Positions 51,142 to 62,114 are shown, numbered from the stretch's first letter. The stretch is DNA of 64,000 nucleotides from Alphaproteobacteria bacterium (GCA_963667785.2 CAXXMU010000005.1:256001-320000), one strand, 5' to 3'. Notes: generated from the sequence alone by a model not told the origin. Numbers and translations: made by a program.

Positions 51142-51687
51142 CACGCGATGTTTAGTCGCAATGCCAACGAGCGTATGGCTGCCTTCGGTTTCTTCTTGAT
51201 CGGGTGAAAGAGTGTTGCTGTGGAGGTTCCGACCTTAGGGACTGGAAAGGAGAATAGAGGCTCTGATGGCTGTCTCGTCAAGAGCGATACAGGAATGCCC
51301 TGCCACTTTTCGGCTTGGAGGAGGGTGCGGTTGACGCCACCGGAGCGAGTGATGCGTTCAGCGCCGGGTTTGTCCCGTCCCTGTTCGGCGATACGAGGCT
51401 CTCTGAAGCGGGGCGTTCGTTGGTCGGGTGGTGCGGACAGCTCGCTTGAGTGAAGACACTCCTGGCGAGCTTCGGGAGTATGCCGCCGTTCGTCTCACTG
51501 AGGAGGGGCGGCGGCGTGGCCTTGTGATCCATGGCACGAGCGGTGGAGGTTGTCGCCTGAGCAGCGGCAACGTTGCGAACGAGTAGGTCGCGGGCTGCAT
51601 AGAGTTCACCAGAAGGCGGAACGCCGGATCAGCGAACAGTCGACGGTAGCGTGCCGCTGCGCACCTCCCTGTGATCCGGTACTGGGA

Positions 51688-52065
51688 CAGCTCTCGGGCG
51701 GGATGCGGCAGCGTGTGGCCCTTGCGCGCGAGCTGGCGAACGATCCAAAGGTCTTGCTGATGGACGAGCCTCTCGGCGCGCTCGACAGCCAAACGCGGCA
51801 GCTGATGCAGGAACTTCTTTTGGAGGTCTGGGAGCGCGACCACAAGACCGTGCTGTTCATCACGCACGACATCGAAGAGGCGATCTTCCTGGCGGACATC
51901 GTCCACGTGATGACTGCGCGTCCCGGGAGCATCAAGTACTCGCTGCCGATCGACATATCCCGGCCGCGGGGCGCGGACACCCTGACCTCCGCCGTGTTCA
52001 ACCGCTACAAGCGAGAGATCATGGCGCTGATGCGCGACGAGGCCGTGCAGGCCGCTTCGGGCTGA
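51688..52065 (+). pseudogene. 5'-truncated ABC ATP-binding gene (nitrate/sulfonate type)
   Basis: [28 protein letters not shown] present; no Walker A upstream. Confidence 0.8.
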
Positions 52066-52258
52066 CTCGCCGGCACGACCTCTTCGCCCGCATTCGCCGA
52101 CCGCCTCGCTCCGGTTCGTCCAAAGGTTCAGGCGCTGCATCTTGTTGGGGTCTCGACTCGCCGTCCTCAAGAGGGGAGTGCTACGGTTTGGAACGAGCGT
52201 TATCTTGTCGAAGGGAGAGCGGCAGCATACCCACAACAAACACCGGGGGAATGGCTGG

Positions 52259-53203
52259 ATGAAGGCTCTCAGCGGCCCGTCCTGGATACTTTTCGGTACG
52301 ATGCTTCTGACGCTTGCAGCCTGCGGTGGAAGCGAGGATGGGCCAGCCCCGATCGCGTGGGGCCCGCGGCTGGACGTGTCGAACCTCTCGACGATTTCCG
52401 GGGCCGAGGACGACTTCGGTCCAGACGTCTTCGGTGCGCTGGCACGGGCGGTACGGGCCGTTCCGAATGGCGCCTCGCAATCCTCCCTCATCGAGAACGG
52501 GCAAACTGCAGGCGAGATGTCGGTAGAGGTTGTGCGACACGACGACGGCAGCCTGGTCTACGAGGTGACCGACGGAGCCCGCATGGTTGTGCGCGTGCCC
52601 CCCGACCTGCCGCGCCAGGGGCTCGACCTTGCGCTCTTCACGGACCTGATTCCGGGTATCGAGCCCGACCTGTCGAGCTACCCGCACGAGGTGCTGGGAC
52701 TATGGGCCTGGGACGGAGAGTTCGGGGCGTTCTGGGGAATGAGTCCGTCGATACCGGCGGTGGAGTTCGGCGGTACGTCCCCGATCGGCACCGCCATCTA
52801 CGAGGGTGACGCGGTGGGTCTTCACGCTTCGGCCGGCGCAACGACAAAGTTCCTGGCAGACGTGGAGTTGGTTGCAGACTTCGACAGGCACACGGTGGGA
52901 GGCGAGGTGAACGGGTTCCGCTCCTTCACCGGAAAGGCTCTCGGCGATCTTTTGGTGACGCTTGGCGACACCGCATTTTCGCAGCAAGGCGATCCGTTCC
53001 AGGGCGATACCGCGTCCGACGATGCCGTGGGCAGCGGCAAGTGGGGCGCGCGCTGGTCAGACGGCAAGGGTTGGACGATGGGAGGGACGTTCGGTTTCGC
53101 CGCAGACGACAAGAGTCTTGCGGTGCTGGGGGCGTTTACCGCGTGCTCGTGCGCTTCGTCGGACGGGGGGAACCCCGACGATCCGGTCGCAACCTCTCAA
53201 TGA
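52259..53203 (+). CDS. lipoprotein with TbpB-like beta-barrel
   Basis: Lipobox LAAC-GGS; GTAIYEGDAVG, FLADVELVADF, MGGTFG..LGAF. Confidence 0.7.
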   Translation: MKALSGPSWILFGTMLLTLAACGGSEDGPAPIAWGPRLDVSNLSTISGAEDDFGPDVFGALARAVRAVPNGASQSSLIENGQTAGEMSVEVVRHDDGSLVYEVTDGARMVVRVPPDLPRQGLDLALFTDLIPGIEPDLSSYPHEVLGLWAWDGEFGAFWGMSPSIPAVEFGGTSPIGTAIYEGDAVGLHASAGATTKFLADVELVADFDRHTVGGEVNGFRSFTGKALGDLLVTLGDTAFSQQGDPFQGDTASDDAVGSGKWGARWSDGKGWTMGGTFGFAADDKSLAVLGAFTACSCASSDGGNPDDPVATSQ

Positions 53204-53272
53204 AGCACTCGCCCGGGCAAGGCAGCCGATAGCCTCGCCGCCATAGGAGGATTTGGCACCGCGTCGGGCGAT

Positions 53273-54112
53273 TCAGGGTTTGCGTCCTGTTGCCTCCCCC
53301 CAGGCGAACGCGGCGAAAGCGCCGGGCTCGCCCACCCACCTTTCGAGGGAACGGCGCCAGCCTTCGAACTGCTCCGGATCGGCCAGACCGAGCTTCGTGG
53401 CGGCTCCCATGGTCTCGGGAGCAAAGAACCAGCCGGCGATCAGGCTCTGCAGGAATCCCCGGTCCTCTGCTGTGCAGTACGACTCGAACGACGCAGTGGC
53501 ACGAACGTCCACAAACCCGGCGTCGAGCAAGGCGCGCGCGAGCTCCTTGCCCATCTGAGGATGTCCGCCATTGGCCGCCAGAAGCTTGAGAAACGTCCCC
53601 CAGGCACTCTCGCTGCCACCGCCGAGATCGAGCGCAGGCTCGAGGAACGACGAGTCGCCGAACATTTCCCTGGCGGCGACGAGGCCGCCAGGCTTGAGCA
53701 CTCTTCTCATCTCCCCCAGCACGGCCTGCGTGTCGGGGGCGTGATTGAGAAGGGCGTGACAGTGGACCACGTCGAAGCTGGCATCTTCATAGTGAAGATC
53801 GGTCGCGTCCCCAGTCCTGAATGTCGCATTGTCATGGCCGCCGGCCGACGCAGCGGCGCGGGCGATCTCGATCTGCGACTTTTCCATGTCGATGCCGTGA
53901 AACTCGCCGGGTGCGACCGATTCCGCCAGTCCCACCGAAATCGTGCCCGGGCCGCAACCAAGGTCCAGAACCCTCAAACCGGGCTTCAGATGCGGCAGCA
54001 GGTGCGCGGCGTTGATCGCCGCGTTCCGCCGATCGAGCAGCTTCCGGAACTCGGGGCCATAACCCATGGTGTACGTGCTCGCCGGTGCGCCCGTCTTATC
54101 GTCGAGATCCAT
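53273..54112 (-). CDS. class I SAM-dependent methyltransferase (UbiE-like)
   Basis: VLDLGCGPGTIS, DASFDVVH, RVLKPGG. Confidence 0.9.
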   Translation of the reverse strand: MDLDDKTGAPASTYTMGYGPEFRKLLDRRNAAINAAHLLPHLKPGLRVLDLGCGPGTISVGLAESVAPGEFHGIDMEKSQIEIARAAASAGGHDNATFRTGDATDLHYEDASFDVVHCHALLNHAPDTQAVLGEMRRVLKPGGLVAAREMFGDSSFLEPALDLGGGSESAWGTFLKLLAANGGHPQMGKELARALLDAGFVDVRATASFESYCTAEDRGFLQSLIAGWFFAPETMGAATKLGLADPEQFEGWRRSLERWVGEPGAFAAFAWGEATGRKP

Positions 54113-54590
54113 CGATGTCCCCCTGGTAGACCCGCCACGCCTCACCGAATTGCGACAGTCTCGACCGGCCGGATTCGGCGAGCGCTCAGCGGCAATGGCT
54201 ACTCCGTGCGTGGTCGATCCGCCATGGGATGCTTACCAAACTTGCAGGATCCGGATCAACGATGCTCCGAAGTGGAGCCGCCCTCGGGTCTGGAATTGCC
54301 GCCGAGGAGGGAAAGAAAATCCTAGTCCGGACGTCCCTCCCGTAGTGCCGCTGAGCAGGAGACCAATTCTCCTCGACGACCGCCGCTACCGCCTCTTCGA
54401 CGAATCGGTTCCGGCTCTGGGTAGCGGCAAACGGGAAGAGGTGCGAACCGGTCACGGAACGTCTCAACCGGCAGGATCACCTGAAACGCCGACCATTTGC
54501 GGGACGGGCCGCGTGCCTCGCCATGCGGGCCGTTCATGGCAGGACCCGGAAATTGGAATCCTTGGGCGCGTGCGGCATGACAGGCAAACG

Positions 54591-54965
54591 GTCAACGACA
54601 GGCTTCAGATCTCGCTGGCCAACGACCTTGGAAAGATCGCCGGTGCGGCAGCCTGAGTCGACGATCTCCGCGCTTCGCGCAATCCGGCGACACGGTTCCG
54701 GTTTGCGGTCGATATGGCAGTCGATGAGCTGCCGGCCGGCACCGCCGCTCGCGGCTACGACAATGACGAGGCGCACCGAATCGAGATCGTCCTGCGTTTC
54801 GAAAACGACGGGCCCGTCGTCGTGATAGCGGACGACGGCAGGGTACTCGGCTGGTTGTCGGCGCGCGAGCCCGTCGACGGAAGCCTGCTCGCAAATCGGG
54901 CCACAGTCGGACACGGCCCCATTCTCGTGCCGAATATGGTCGATGGCATCGAAGCCGCGCCCCGG
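54591..54965 (+). pseudogene. decayed RsbW-like anti-sigma factor / HATPase
   Basis: LQISLANDL..*..AVDMAVDEL...GYDNDEAHRIEIVL..VVIADDG..VGHGPILVPNMVDGI follows RsbW N/G1/G2 box spacing; internal TGA at 54654. Confidence 0.6.
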
Positions 54966-55138
54966 CCTCGCTGTCTGGCGGCCTCGTCGAGGCCGGCAGG
55001 CTCTTCCAGGTTGCGCTCACGGATAATGGACATCAGAGACCGCTGTGAGCGCGCAACCCGCTTTCTTCCTCGGCCCAGGGTAGCGCCGGGAGAGCGGCAG
55101 CGGCAATCTTGTCGAAGGTTATACACGATCATGTCAGC

Positions 55139-56275
55139 CTAACGTGCCGAGCCCGCAAGGCCGCGTCCGCCGCTCGCCAGCCACTCCTCGAATCTCTCCG
55201 TCAGCATGACGTGGTGCGTCGCCCACCAGGCAGCATCCGTCTGCAAGGCACGGGCGAGGTTCTCCGGCGCGGTGGGCAGGTGCGGCTTGATCTCGTCGGC
55301 GACCAGCGCCATGGAGGACGTTCTCGCCGGGCCGTAGGAGATGTATTTCGTCTGCTCTGCAAGCGGCACCGTGCCGGTGGCGAAGCGTATGAAGTCCATG
55401 GCCTTGTGCAGATTGTCGCTGCCCTTGGGGATGCCCCAGGAGTCGATGTCCCAGATCTGGCCGTCCCACAGGATGGCATAGGGCTTGCCGTCTTCCACGA
55501 TCGGGCGATACATGCGCCCGTTCCACGCCGAGGTCATGACGACCTCGTCGGAATCGAGCAGGCGTACCGGGTCCGCGCCGGCTTCCCACCACTCGATGTG
55601 GTTCTTGATCCCGTCCATGACCGAGAACGCCCGGTCGAGCCCGTCGTCGCTCCCGAGCATGGCGTAGACGTCGGCCGGCGCCACGCCGTCGGCAATCAGG
55701 GCCCATTCGAGGATCACGCGCGGGTCGCGTCTGAGTCCGCGCTTGCCGGGGAATTCGTCGACGTCGAAGAAATCCGCAAGGGTGGAAGGCGCGCTCTCGC
55801 CCACCGCTTCGCCGTCGTAGGCCACCACCGTCGACCACACGGTCTGGCCGACGCCGCAGGGCGTGAACGCGCCGGGGATGAAATCGTCTGCCGCGGGCGT
55901 GCCGTCGTCGCCCGGCGGCAGGGTGCCGTGGTCGATCTCCTCGAGCAGGCCTTCGCGGCAGCCCCGGATCAGGTCCGAGAGCTCGAAGTCCACCACGTCC
56001 CAGACCACGTTCTCGGTCTCGACCTGCTCGCGGATCTCCTCGAGCCCGCCGTTGTAGGTCTCCATCCACACCCACTCGCCGCTGAGGAGGCGGTAGGGCT
56101 TCACGTAGGCCAGCATCTGGCTTCGGGTGTAGGCCCCGCCCCAGGAGACGATGGTCAGCTCCTTCGTCGGCGCCGCGGCCCGCTCGTCTGCCGGCTCGTC
56201 CTCGGCAAACGCGGGGGCCGACGCGACCAGGGCGAGTGACAGGACAAGGGCTCCGATCCCCCGACAAGATGCCAT
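55139..56275 (-). CDS. ABC substrate-binding protein, PotD/PotF-like (orphan)
   Basis: Signal peptide, LTIVSWGGAY, WDVVD, FPGKRGL, AWNGR. Confidence 0.88.
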   Translation of the reverse strand: MASCRGIGALVLSLALVASAPAFAEDEPADERAAAPTKELTIVSWGGAYTRSQMLAYVKPYRLLSGEWVWMETYNGGLEEIREQVETENVVWDVVDFELSDLIRGCREGLLEEIDHGTLPPGDDGTPAADDFIPGAFTPCGVGQTVWSTVVAYDGEAVGESAPSTLADFFDVDEFPGKRGLRRDPRVILEWALIADGVAPADVYAMLGSDDGLDRAFSVMDGIKNHIEWWEAGADPVRLLDSDEVVMTSAWNGRMYRPIVEDGKPYAILWDGQIWDIDSWGIPKGSDNLHKAMDFIRFATGTVPLAEQTKYISYGPARTSSMALVADEIKPHLPTAPENLARALQTDAAWWATHHVMLTERFEEWLASGGRGLAGSAR

Positions 56276-56325
56276 CTCCGCTCCCCTCTTCGTTCCGGCC
56301 CCGAGCGCTTTCACGGCGTCCAGCC

Positions 56326-57972
56326 TCAGCGTGGAATGTCGCCTTTCAGACTGGTGCCGTCCGGCGCCTTGCCGTCGCTCGGCATGGGCACGGCGCTCGG
56401 GTCCTCATGCAGGGACTTGATGATGCCGAAGGTCATCATGAGCATGATGACGCTGACCGGCAGCGCGGCGGCGATGGAGGCGGTCTGAAGCGCCTTCAGC
56501 CCGCCGGCGAGCAGCAGCACCGCCGCGACGAACCCTTCTCCCAGCCCCCAGAAGATGCGGAACTTCCGCGGCGGGTTGTCGCTGCCCATACTGAGCATGG
56601 TGGTGATGACGAGCGTGCCTGAATCCGAGGAGGTGATGAACCACGTCGCCAGCAGGAAGGTGGCCAGCGCGGCCATGATCCAGTTCAGCCACGAAATGCC
56701 CGTCACCAGATCGATGGTGCCGTAGAGCGAGGCCGGCAGGTTCCAGTCCCGCACGAGCTGGGCGATTCCGGCGGTGCCCACGCCACCGGCCGCCTCCAGC
56801 TCGGCATACATGGCGTTGCCGCCGAAGATGCAGAGCCACAGGAAGGCGATGGTGGTGGGCACGAACATCACGCCGACCATGAACTCGCGGATCGTGCGCC
56901 CGCGGCTGATCCTGGCGATGAACATGCCGACGAAGGGAGCCCAGGAGATCCACCAGCCCCAGTAGAAGATCGTCCATCCGCCCTGCCAGGCCGCGGCGCC
57001 TTCGGTATTGAAGATCTGGAAGCCCATGGGGATGAAATGCCAGAGGTAGTCGCCCACGGAGGTGACGAAGAGCCCGAGCAGCCATTTCGTCGGACCGCCG
57101 AACAGGAAGAAGGCGACCAGCACGATGCTGAGCCAGATATTCCATTCCGAGATGATGCGGATGCCCTTGCCGACCCCTGAGACCGCCGAAAGCGTCGCGA
57201 CGATCGAGATGATCACGATCAGGATGACCTGCGTGATCACGCCCGGGTCGATCCCGAAGAGGTGGTTGAGGCCGGTCGCCATCTGGCTCACGCCGAGGCC
57301 GAGCGAGGTCGCGACGCCGAACACGGTCCCGAACACCGCCAGCAGGTCGACCGCATGGCCGGCGGGGCCGTAGATCCTGTCGCCGATGATCGGGTAGAGC
57401 GCCGAGCGCAGCGTGAGCGGCAGCTTCTTGCGGAACCCGAAATAGGCGAGGCAGAGGCCCACCAACACGTAGACGGCCCAGCCGTGGAAGCCCCAATGGA
57501 AGTAGGTGACCCGCATGGCGAGCACCGCGCGCGCCTCGTTCATCTCGTGGACGCCGGCGAGATCCGCGAACGGATTGTTGGGGTAGCCCCAGGGCATCGT
57601 GTTGTCGAAGTAGAACATCGGCTCGGCGATGCTGAAGAACAGCAGCCCGATGCCGACGCCGGCCGAGAACAGCATCGCGAACCAGGAGAAGGTGCTGAAC
57701 TCGGGCTTGCTGTCGTCGTCGCCCAGCTTGATGCGCCCGAAGCGGCTGAACATCAGGTAGAAGCAGGCGAAGAGCATCACGACGAGCGCGCTCATGTAGT
57801 ACCAGTTGAGCGCGTGCTCGATCCATCCGCGGATCGCCGAATAGACGCCGTCGGCGATGTCCACGAAGAGGGCCGTGAACAGGACGAACGCCGCAATCAT
57901 GCCCTTGGAGGCGATGCCCATGCCGGGGTGCAACCCCTTCCAGAGCCCCCGGTTCGCGACGTTCTTCGGCAT
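56326..57972 (-). CDS. BCCT family betaine/carnitine/choline transporter
   Basis: SWFAMLFSAGVGIGL, YFHWGFHGWAVY, WTIFYWGWWISWAPFVGMFIARISRGRTIREF. Confidence 0.96.
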   Translation of the reverse strand: MPKNVANRGLWKGLHPGMGIASKGMIAAFVLFTALFVDIADGVYSAIRGWIEHALNWYYMSALVVMLFACFYLMFSRFGRIKLGDDDSKPEFSTFSWFAMLFSAGVGIGLLFFSIAEPMFYFDNTMPWGYPNNPFADLAGVHEMNEARAVLAMRVTYFHWGFHGWAVYVLVGLCLAYFGFRKKLPLTLRSALYPIIGDRIYGPAGHAVDLLAVFGTVFGVATSLGLGVSQMATGLNHLFGIDPGVITQVILIVIISIVATLSAVSGVGKGIRIISEWNIWLSIVLVAFFLFGGPTKWLLGLFVTSVGDYLWHFIPMGFQIFNTEGAAAWQGGWTIFYWGWWISWAPFVGMFIARISRGRTIREFMVGVMFVPTTIAFLWLCIFGGNAMYAELEAAGGVGTAGIAQLVRDWNLPASLYGTIDLVTGISWLNWIMAALATFLLATWFITSSDSGTLVITTMLSMGSDNPPRKFRIFWGLGEGFVAAVLLLAGGLKALQTASIAAALPVSVIMLMMTFGIIKSLHEDPSAVPMPSDGKAPDGTSLKGDIPR

Positions 57973-58248
57973 GTTTTCCTGCACCGCTCCCACCCCTCTC
58001 GCTCGGCTTCCGCAAAAAGCAACCAACCCCTGCCCGGTTCCGGGTCGGCCGGGGCGGCGAAGAGCGCGTCTCTCCGCTTCCCGTGCCTAGCATCGAGCCC
58101 ACACGCGTGAGCTGGCCGATGAGCGACTTCAAAGGCCCTCGGCGCAGCCGAAAGCGCAGTCAACGGTAACAAGATCGCGGCACAGGTGAAACCGCCATCG
58201 CCAAAGTGTGGCAAGAATGGCCGCCGGCGGAGCCACTGTGACCGGGGT

Positions 58249-58782
58249 ATGGCGATGACGACTTTCATTCGCGCGTTGGTGGAACGATGCGCGACCTGGC
58301 GCGTGGCGGCTGCCGCGCTGGCCGGCGTCGTCGCCTGCGTGGCGGGCCTGGTCTGGCGGCAGCAGCGGCTGGGCGGCCTCGAACTCCTGGACAGCCGGGG
58401 CTGGTACACACCCGGCGAGGCCGCGTCTCTGTTCGACGAGCTCGACCGGCTCGACGGGGGCGGCAGGCTCGTCTACGCAGCGACCGGGCTCACCATCGAC
58501 ATGGTCTTTCCCGTCGCCTACGGCCTGCTGCTGGCGATCCTGCTGTTCCGCCTGTTTCGGGGCGGCCTGCCGTTCTATCTGCTGCCGCTGGCGATGGCCG
58601 CGGCCGACATGCTGGAGAACATGACCGTCGCGGGCCTGGCGCTGAGCCATGCCGGGGCGCCCACGCCGGCGGCATGGCTGGCGGCGGTGTTCACCCTGGT
58701 CAAGACGGTCCTGATAGCCGCCACGGCCGCGGCGCTGGGCGTCGGCACGGTCCGCTGGCTGTGGCGTCGCACCCGACGGTGA
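58249..58782 (+). CDS. hypothetical membrane protein
   Basis: LLDSRGWYT..Y...IDMVFPVAYG..ADMLEN..FTLVK with four hydrophobic segments. Confidence 0.7.
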   Translation: MAMTTFIRALVERCATWRVAAAALAGVVACVAGLVWRQQRLGGLELLDSRGWYTPGEAASLFDELDRLDGGGRLVYAATGLTIDMVFPVAYGLLLAILLFRLFRGGLPFYLLPLAMAAADMLENMTVAGLALSHAGAPTPAAWLAAVFTLVKTVLIAATAAALGVGTVRWLWRRTRR

Positions 58783-58860
58783 CGGCCCACGGCCACCGGC
58801 GACGGAGCCTGCGCGCGCGATCTCGAGGGCCGGTTCGGCGCGCCCGGATGGGCAACCTAG

Positions 58861-61260
58861 TTAGAAGCGCCGGAGCACGCCTGCCAGGAGGCTGAGCTCC
58901 GGTTCCTCGCCGGCGCTGTGACCGGGGTGGAAGGACGCCGTGGACCGGAGCCGGAGCTCGGTGCCGCCGCTCAGTTGCTGGCGCCAGTCGGCAGACACGT
59001 CCACCTGGCGGCCGGAGGGCGAGAGAGGCACCTCGACAACCTCCCGCGTGACCCCGCCATCGCGTGTGCGCCCCGTAGGCAGGTCGAGACGGGCGTGGCC
59101 GCCCTCGACGCGAAGCGGTTGCGAGACCGAGAAGCGCAGGCGCCTCTCGCCCGCCTCGAACACCCGCTCCGCCGAGACGCCGAAAGCGCTGGTCGCGAGC
59201 GGCGAGACTCCGGCGATGAGTCCCGGTGCAGCATCCACGCTGGCGATGCCTGTCTCGGCGTCCGCCGAGACGGTCCACGCTCCCACCCGGGTGGCGCCGC
59301 CGAAACCGGCGTAGACGAGCGAGGAGGAGAGGCCACCGAAGGCACCGCGCGACTGCAGCCGCAATGCGCTTCCAGGCTCGTCGACGACGCCCAGCCGCAG
59401 GCCGACAGGACCGGACCGCCAGCCGGCGACGGCGCCGGTGTACGGCAGCGCGTCCCCGCGCCCGTCGGGCGCGTGCGCGGTGGTGAAGAACGAGACTTGC
59501 AGCGGATCCTGGCCGATGCTGAGCGACGTCCGCTCGATCTCGGTCCCCGTCAGCGACGCGTGGCCGCCGGTCCACTCCTGTGTGCCGCTGGCGCTGTTCA
59601 AGCCGAGCCTGAGACCCGTGAACCCGAGCGGTCTCTCTAGCAGGGCGGCAGCGCCGCCCGGTGCATGAGTAGCGCGCCAGGCGTCTCGCTCGATCGTCTC
59701 CATGTCGGGCGCGAGAAAAGCGTCCAGCCGCCAGCCGAGGCGCGCGTGGCTGGCGGGCTGCACCAGCGAGCCGAGGCCCATCCAGAAGGGTGCGTCCAGG
59801 GTGTCGAAGAGTGCGACCTCCCGATCCACCAGACCGAGCGCGAGCGCGTCTCCGACCGCCGCGCTCGACCCGAAGCCGCTTCCCGCGAAGGACATGCCGT
59901 GCGGCACGAGCCTGCTTCCCAGCACCGCTCTCACCTCGCCCACGGGCATCGTCGCCGCGTCCAGGTCCATGATCCCTTGCCCGTGGGTGGACGAAAGCTC
60001 GCACGACGACAAGTCCCCGTCCGTGTCGAGATGCGCCGGGCACTCACCCGGACCCAAGACCGCGTCCGGTGCCGCAGGGCCTAGCTTGTCGGCGGTCGCG
60101 TAGAGGCGCTCGAGCAGCGCTTCATTCCACAGCTGCCCGCGGAACCGGTGCTTCATCACCGCAAGACCGCCCGCCACCAGCGGCGCCGCGAACGAGGTGC
60201 CGGGAAGGCGTTCCTGACCCCGGAGGGGACTGGCCAAGGCGCTCGCGTAGGGATCGGCGGGATCCTCGGGGCCGAAGTACGCCACCGGAACGTCGACCCC
60301 CGGTGCGGCGATGCACCACGGCGCGGCAATCCCGCAGCGGTTCGAGAACGACGCCAGCTCACGGTCGGGGCGTGTCGCGACCACCGAGACCACGTGGCTC
60401 CGCAGGTCCTCGGCGTGCACCTGCAACGCCGCATCCACCCCCGGCGAGTCGGCGAAGAACAGGCCGGTGGGGGACCCGTAGAACGCCGAGATGTCGGGGT
60501 CCTCGAAGCATCGCGAAGGATCGCCGAACTCCGCGACCAGCGCCGCATCGCACGGACCGTTCTCGTTGCCCGCCGCGTAGACGATCAGGGTCGGCTCCTC
60601 CTTGCCGCCTTGCGCCAGCAGGTCGATCAGGCGGCCGTAGCGGCCCTGCAGGGCCGCCTCGTCCGGGTAGTCCGAGATCAGGTCGTAGACGGTCCCGAAG
60701 CTGATGTTCAGGATGTCCAGACCCGCCTCCGGCGCCAGCGCCCGGCCGAACCACCCCAGCTCCTCGTCTTCCGTGGGCCCCTCCGGCGCCCGGTCTGCGA
60801 CCGCGAACACCGTCAGCTCCACGCCCGGCGCCACGCCCCTCACGCCGATGTCCTCGAACTCGCGAGGCCGGGCTCCCTCCTGCGCCGCGATCACGCTCGC
60901 AACCGACGTGCCATGGCTGATGACGAACCCACTCTCCGTCGCGTCGTCACGGTCGAGGTTCATCTCCGTGACCCGGTCCGGGTCGAACGCCCAGTGCCCG
61001 AGATCGATGCCGCTGTCGATGATCCCGACGCTCACGCCATCCCCAGGCAGCACGTCCGCGCCATGTCGGTCCCGCACCCGGTCGTGAGCCTCCTGCACCC
61101 GCACCGCCTCGTGCGTCCAGTTGAACGCTGACGCCGCTCCCGTCTGCGGCGCCGGCCCGGACTGATCGCCGTCGTCGCAGGCGCTCAGGCCGAGCGCGGC
61201 GACGAGCGCCAGCAGGGCCATCGCGAACAACGAATGGGAGTGCTTTGCACGGATCGTCAT
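58861..61260 (-). CDS. S8 subtilisin-like serine peptidase, lipoprotein, with C-terminal beta-barrel-like domain
   Basis: Lipobox LSAC; IIDSGID, SHGTSVA, AAGNE, GTSFAAP; beta-strand-rich C-terminus ending in F. Confidence 0.9.
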   Translation of the reverse strand: MTIRAKHSHSLFAMALLALVAALGLSACDDGDQSGPAPQTGAASAFNWTHEAVRVQEAHDRVRDRHGADVLPGDGVSVGIIDSGIDLGHWAFDPDRVTEMNLDRDDATESGFVISHGTSVASVIAAQEGARPREFEDIGVRGVAPGVELTVFAVADRAPEGPTEDEELGWFGRALAPEAGLDILNISFGTVYDLISDYPDEAALQGRYGRLIDLLAQGGKEEPTLIVYAAGNENGPCDAALVAEFGDPSRCFEDPDISAFYGSPTGLFFADSPGVDAALQVHAEDLRSHVVSVVATRPDRELASFSNRCGIAAPWCIAAPGVDVPVAYFGPEDPADPYASALASPLRGQERLPGTSFAAPLVAGGLAVMKHRFRGQLWNEALLERLYATADKLGPAAPDAVLGPGECPAHLDTDGDLSSCELSSTHGQGIMDLDAATMPVGEVRAVLGSRLVPHGMSFAGSGFGSSAAVGDALALGLVDREVALFDTLDAPFWMGLGSLVQPASHARLGWRLDAFLAPDMETIERDAWRATHAPGGAAALLERPLGFTGLRLGLNSASGTQEWTGGHASLTGTEIERTSLSIGQDPLQVSFFTTAHAPDGRGDALPYTGAVAGWRSGPVGLRLGVVDEPGSALRLQSRGAFGGLSSSLVYAGFGGATRVGAWTVSADAETGIASVDAAPGLIAGVSPLATSAFGVSAERVFEAGERRLRFSVSQPLRVEGGHARLDLPTGRTRDGGVTREVVEVPLSPSGRQVDVSADWRQQLSGGTELRLRSTASFHPGHSAGEEPELSLLAGVLRRF

Positions 61261-61342
61261 GGTGATCCCCCAGAATCCAACCTAACTCAATAGGCGACGG
61301 TGCCGATCGGCGGCGAACCCTCCCGCCGAACGGCACCCATGA

Positions 61343-62029
61343 TCAATTCTCCTGCGCGTATGTGTGTCCATGAGCGCTCATCGCGAGGAGATCGCTCTCG
61401 GTATCCAGGACTTGCGACAGAAGGACATCGCCGAGATCGACACTGCTAACCGTCGTTCCTACCGCTTCCGCGCGAACGCCTCGGCGCGCCGCATGACGCG
61501 ACGAATCCGGGCAAAGGATAGCACCGTGCTCATCGCGGCCGACACTCCATACGGTCGTAACGTACTTGCCCGACGTCTGGCGCACGCCGACGTAGGGCAC
61601 GGCCAGAGCCGACTGGCTGACGACAGTGAGGTCGGGGCAGCGTGCGTCGACATCGATGACGCCCTCGATAGCGCCCGGCACGTGCCGCCACTCGAACGTC
61701 ACACTGCTGTCCGGCACGCGCCCATCGAGCGTTTTCTCGGCGTCGGCCGCCGCTTGACCGCCAAATGCCTCCAGCTCATCGAAGAACACCGGCGGCACAT
61801 ACCGAACGTCCATGTATGCAAGTGAGAGGTAGGCCCCGGCCGGCAGCCAGATCACGGCGAACAGAACCATCACGAGGCGGCGCGCCGGCACCCGTAGACC
61901 AGTCTCGCTGGTCCACCCCCGGAAGGTTCCTCGGCGGGCAGCGAACGCGCGCAAGCGAGACCATGTCGCCCGTCCACGACTCCTCCCGTCCGGTTGGCCT
62001 TCGCTGTGGGCCGGGTCTTCGTCGCTCAT
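61343..62029 (-). pseudogene. chimeric decayed gene: paralog of 62125-62607 joined to a universal stress protein remnant
   Basis: Nucleotide similarity to 62470-62600; C-terminal part FEWRHV..ARCPDLTVVSQ..GDVLLSQ..SDLLAMSAHGH resembles UspA. Confidence 0.55.
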
Positions 62030-62114
62030 CGATATCCCCGTCTCGTCCACCAGTTCGATCCGGACAGGTGGATGTGCCGGAGACGGGAATTGCCACGTCG
62101 CCTCTTAAGGAAAA

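Noticed and set aside
54186-54590. Short ORFs between the methyltransferase and the RsbW relic
   Set aside because: No recognisable motifs or SD; may be decayed DNA, not supportable as a gene.
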